Shown piece by piece: positions 60,837 to 64,000 of a stretch of 64,000 nucleotides of DNA. Source of the stretch: an uncultured Bacillota bacterium (GTDB lineage: Bacteria > Bacillota_I > Bacilli_A > RFN20 > CAG-288); contig CASDVP010000009.1 of the NCBI GenBank assembly GCA_949284445.1, positions 14,609-78,608 on the forward strand. The letters run 5' to 3'. A program made the position numbers and the translations under genes. Every line of letters starts with the position of its first letter. The first letter of the stretch is position 1. The notes under the pieces are model-generated. The model did no database searches, was not told the DNA's origin, and worked only from the letters and a program-made list of their open reading frames with translations.

Positions 60837-61838
60837 ATGATTTCAGTTATTATTACTTGTTACAACGCAGATAAAACAATAATTAGAGCTATTTCTTCTT
60901 TAGAAAACACATCTTTTAAAGATTATGAGATTCTTGTAATAAATGATGGCTCTACTGATAAGAGTCGAGAATTAGTAGAGGAATATATGACTTCACATCC
61001 AAAGGTGAAGTTATTGAATCAAACTAACTTAGGTATTGCTGGTGCTGCATCAAACGGGATTCGACATGCGACTGGTGATTATTTGATGTTTTTAGATGCT
61101 GATGATTATGTAGATGAAGATTATTTAGCCTGCATCAATGCCAGAATTAATAATTATGATATTTTAGCGCTTAGTTACAAGGTGGTTGATGAAAAAGGAA
61201 AAATACTTCAAGAAAAAATAAAACAAAATCAGCAATTTGATGATGACAAAGATATGAAAGGACTATTGAATAAATTATACTTTGACAATCATTCTTTTTC
61301 GGGATTTAAATATGTACCCATATATAAATGGACAAAAGTTATAAAAACCAGTATTGCCTTAAAAGTTGTTAGTGAATATGAAAAAGAAAATTTTGTCTTA
61401 TATGAAGACATGTGTCTGACTCTATTATGTGTTGCCAATGCCAAAAACTTAAAGATCACTGACTATTGTGGTATTAATTATGTTCAGCAAGCAAAGACAC
61501 ATTCTAGGAGCCATCAAAAATCATATGACGATTTGCTCAAATTAAGACAAAAACTCAATATGTTTTTGAATAGATATTGTGTCACATATAATTTAGATAA
61601 ACATATATTTGACACCATGGATTTTGATGTCTCAAAGTTTTATTTTTCTAGATTCATTAAAAGCCATAGCTTTAAGGAAGCAAAATCATTTTTTAGAAAG
61701 ATGATCAAAGATGAAGACTATAAGCGCGGACAAAAATTAACTGATCCGAGCGGTGAATCATTCAAAAGAAAAGTCTATTGTTATTTGTTAAAACACAATA
61801 TGTTTTTAGCGATATATTTTGTGTTTAAACATTTATAA
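60837..61838 (+). CDS. Family 2 glycosyltransferase
   Basis: ISVIITCYN, INDGSTD, YLMFLDADD, YED. Confidence 0.93.
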   Translation: MISVIITCYNADKTIIRAISSLENTSFKDYEILVINDGSTDKSRELVEEYMTSHPKVKLLNQTNLGIAGAASNGIRHATGDYLMFLDADDYVDEDYLACINARINNYDILALSYKVVDEKGKILQEKIKQNQQFDDDKDMKGLLNKLYFDNHSFSGFKYVPIYKWTKVIKTSIALKVVSEYEKENFVLYEDMCLTLLCVANAKNLKITDYCGINYVQQAKTHSRSHQKSYDDLLKLRQKLNMFLNRYCVTYNLDKHIFDTMDFDVSKFYFSRFIKSHSFKEAKSFFRKMIKDEDYKRGQKLTDPSGESFKRKVYCYLLKHNMFLAIYFVFKHL

Positions 61839-61856
61839 ATCCGATCAAATAGTGTA

Positions 61857-62255
61857 TCAGTAAAACAACCTATCCAGTTCAACAGCAGTTGACTTGTTTC
61901 TATTATGATTTAAAGCACTAGCTTTATAAACAATTTTACCCTTTGCAATATCATCGGGTACACCATCTAAATTTATAATCTTTTTTAATAGTCTTGTGAA
62001 AGAAGCGCGCGAATCTTGAAAAGACTTGTTAAAAAAGCTATTAAATATTTCCTTATTTCTTTCAACTTTGCTTTTTGAAAGTTTTTTGCAGGTTCTTTTT
62101 TCTTTCTTTTCTGTGTCAAAATTGTTGAGAAGATCAACGATGCTATCAAAAATAGTTTTCGTCTTGTTCTTTTTATATTCACCTTTGAAGCGACTTTGAG
62201 GTTTCGTTGTTTTAATTGTCGACAATATTCGTTTTAGATCGATTGTTTTACGCAT
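61857..62255 (-). CDS. Hypothetical Lys-rich protein
   Basis: 132-aa ORF with AAGGT RBS. No motif recognised. Confidence 0.5.
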   Translation of the reverse strand: MRKTIDLKRILSTIKTTKPQSRFKGEYKKNKTKTIFDSIVDLLNNFDTEKKEKRTCKKLSKSKVERNKEIFNSFFNKSFQDSRASFTRLLKKIINLDGVPDDIAKGKIVYKASALNHNRNKSTAVELDRLFY

Positions 62256-62360
62256 AGTTTCTACCTTTTATTTAAGACCACGTTAATTTAGCACTAATAT
62301 TATAGCCATGCTTTTAAAATGAAAAAGGTTTTTGCGTTGTTATGGTCTGTTTTAAGTGTC

Positions 62361-63101
62361 TCATCGCTTCTTGTGCATATTATCTTCATCTAAATCCATT
62401 GAGAAATTACATTTGGGATAACGTGAGCAACTATAAAACGGACCGCGCCTACCTGCTTTTATGACTAATGGGGCTTTACAGCGAGGACAGATCATCGAAG
62501 ATTTTATATCTTTTATTCTTTCTTTTGCTTTCTTGGCTAATTCTTCAGGAGAGATAGTTTTGCTCAAGTCATTCTTCTTTAATATGTCATAAATCAGTTT
62601 GATATCATTTGGCGTATATAACGGATAAATCTTTTTATTGCTGATGTAGTCAAACAAGTCTTTAATTTTAATGACGCTCTCAGCAAGAACGTTTAATTCA
62701 CCGCGTGTAAAAACTATCAATCCTTCAAAATAATAACTACTATTATTTATTAGCTCTTTAATAGCCATCAAATGGCAATAATTTTGCCTTAATGGATTCA
62801 AAATATTAGAGACGTTTCTTGTATAAGGGTTATGTATGACCCACCTAGAATCGTCATACTTACCATAAATATTACCAGCATAATTTTTGGTTTCTATGCA
62901 GAACAATCCGTTGCTTCTAAGAAGAACATGATCTATTTGATGATAGTAACCGTCATCCTTTTTTAAAATCAGGTCATTAATAAGCGCATCCCCTTCTTTT
63001 AGAAGACTATTTAAGACTGCTTTTACTTTTTCTTCGCCTTGCCTTCCATGTCTTGTGCGTGAATCCTTTATTTCTCTGCTGCTATATTTGATTTGCTCCA
63101 T
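62361..63101 (-). CDS. NERD-domain nuclease-related protein with topoisomerase C4 zinc ribbon
   Basis: GRQGE, QIDHVLL, CIETKNYAG, NPLRQN, CPRC...GPFYSCSRYPKC. Confidence 0.92.
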   Translation of the reverse strand: MEQIKYSSREIKDSRTRHGRQGEEKVKAVLNSLLKEGDALINDLILKKDDGYYHQIDHVLLRSNGLFCIETKNYAGNIYGKYDDSRWVIHNPYTRNVSNILNPLRQNYCHLMAIKELINNSSYYFEGLIVFTRGELNVLAESVIKIKDLFDYISNKKIYPLYTPNDIKLIYDILKKNDLSKTISPEELAKKAKERIKDIKSSMICPRCKAPLVIKAGRRGPFYSCSRYPKCNFSMDLDEDNMHKKR

Positions 63102-63159
63102 ATTTAGTCACCTCAACTATAATTAGCTAAAAAGAGGACTAAAAATCACAAAACTAACA

Positions 63160-63173
63160 AGTAAGCGCTTTCA
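63160..63173. promoter_or_regulatory. cre-like operator
   Basis: AGTAAGCGCTTTCA, 13/14 identical to the site at 7835. Confidence 0.55.
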
Positions 63174-63441
63174 GGAATAAAGTTTGTAATTATATGTTTA
63201 AAAAAGCCAAAAGCTTATAGAATGTCCAATATATAAAGCTTTTAAGAAAAAAAGAGTGATTTTTTAGCTTCCTTTTTTATTTTCAAAAGCATAAAAAGAT
63301 TTATGCGAAAAGTCCGCAGCTCTAGCATATTTTTAGTATATAAATTGTCGATTTAGAACTTGTGCGTCTTTCTTGAAATAAAACCCATTTTGCCATATCA
63401 TAATAACAAAGTCATTCGAAACATATTTTTAGGAGGAGACG

Positions 63442-64000
63442 ATGGAAATACCTAGCAAAAAATCTTCTTTGACAGTCATCGAAAATGAGCGATCACAATA
63501 TGCAATGAATTTTGCTGATAATGATGAACAACATAACCAGAATAGATCATCAAACAATCAGCCAAATAATCCTAATAACAGAGGCAAAAATCGCGGTTTC
63601 TTTTCTATAGCTTTTTTAGTTGTAGCCCTTATCGTTATTTTAGCTTTGATGTTATATTTCTTTGTCGTGCCTTCAACCAATGGCCGCAGTGTCACATTTA
63701 GAGAAGCAGATGTCACTTATAGAGTTGATACAAACGGAGATAATATCCCTGATATAACTTCGGATGGTCATCCAGATTTTGGAACATCTTCTAGTGGAAC
63801 GACTGATTTGAACTATGATTTCTCTATCAAAACCGACTCTAATCCAAAAGGCATAGTCATGGACGATAGTTCTTTGGGCGATTTAGCAAGACTATTGTTA
63901 ACACCTGAGACCAGTCAGATCACAATTGTTGTTGCACAGAGCAATGCTTCTAGTGAAATTACTTATTTAAGCGGTACTTTTAAACAATTAAATAATAATG
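63442..64000 (+). CDS. Membrane-anchored protein, 5' part only (possibly the FtsH N-terminus)
   Basis: Not in ORF track. AGGAGG RBS, MEIPSKK..., Asn-rich leader, TM FFSIAFLVVALIVILALMLYFFVV, open to window end. The FtsH guess rests on topology only. Confidence 0.65.
   Translation, partial: MEIPSKKSSLTVIENERSQYAMNFADNDEQHNQNRSSNNQPNNPNNRGKNRGFFSIAFLVVALIVILALMLYFFVVPSTNGRSVTFREADVTYRVDTNGDNIPDITSDGHPDFGTSSSGTTDLNYDFSIKTDSNPKGIVMDDSSLGDLARLLLTPETSQITIVVAQSNASSEITYLSGTFKQLNNN

Noticed and set aside
52938..64000. Integrative element at tRNA-Ser
   Set aside because: No integrase and no convincing duplicate of the tRNA 3' end was seen. CTCTCACCG at 60011 is too short and doubles as an RBS.

Overview
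AT-rich chromosomal window from a Bacilli-class (Firmicutes) bacterium using genetic code 11. The many S/T-rich lipoproteins and the mycoplasma-like ABC/nuclease operon suggest a Mollicutes-adjacent lineage (inference). In order: (1) six large surface lipoproteins in two divergent groups (1-12.8 kb); (2) the dnaX-ybaB-recR-tmk-holB-ricT-rsmI block; (3) HAD, YccA-like and AAA_14/DUF4143 genes, the last facing a degraded paralog; (4) the str operon rpsL-rpsG-fusA-tuf, with unusual residues at known streptomycin and fusidic acid resistance positions; (5) two tandem MacB-like ABC fusions; (6) a SIR2-like gene coupled to two RDD membrane proteins; (7) a 14-kb operon with a CUT1-type ABC importer (ATPase with a ~270-aa insertion, two permeases, two binding lipoproteins), a thermonuclease lipoprotein, a Zn-ribbon membrane protein and a 1223-aa Ig/OB-fold lipoprotein, the best candidate here for a little-described extracellular nucleic acid capture, degrade and import system; (8) tRNA-Ser(GCT); (9) a Wzx/Wzy polysaccharide cluster; (10) a NERD nuclease gene and a partial membrane protein gene. 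No CRISPR array, rRNA, transposase or integrase was seen. Domain calls come from motif recognition by eye, not database searches.
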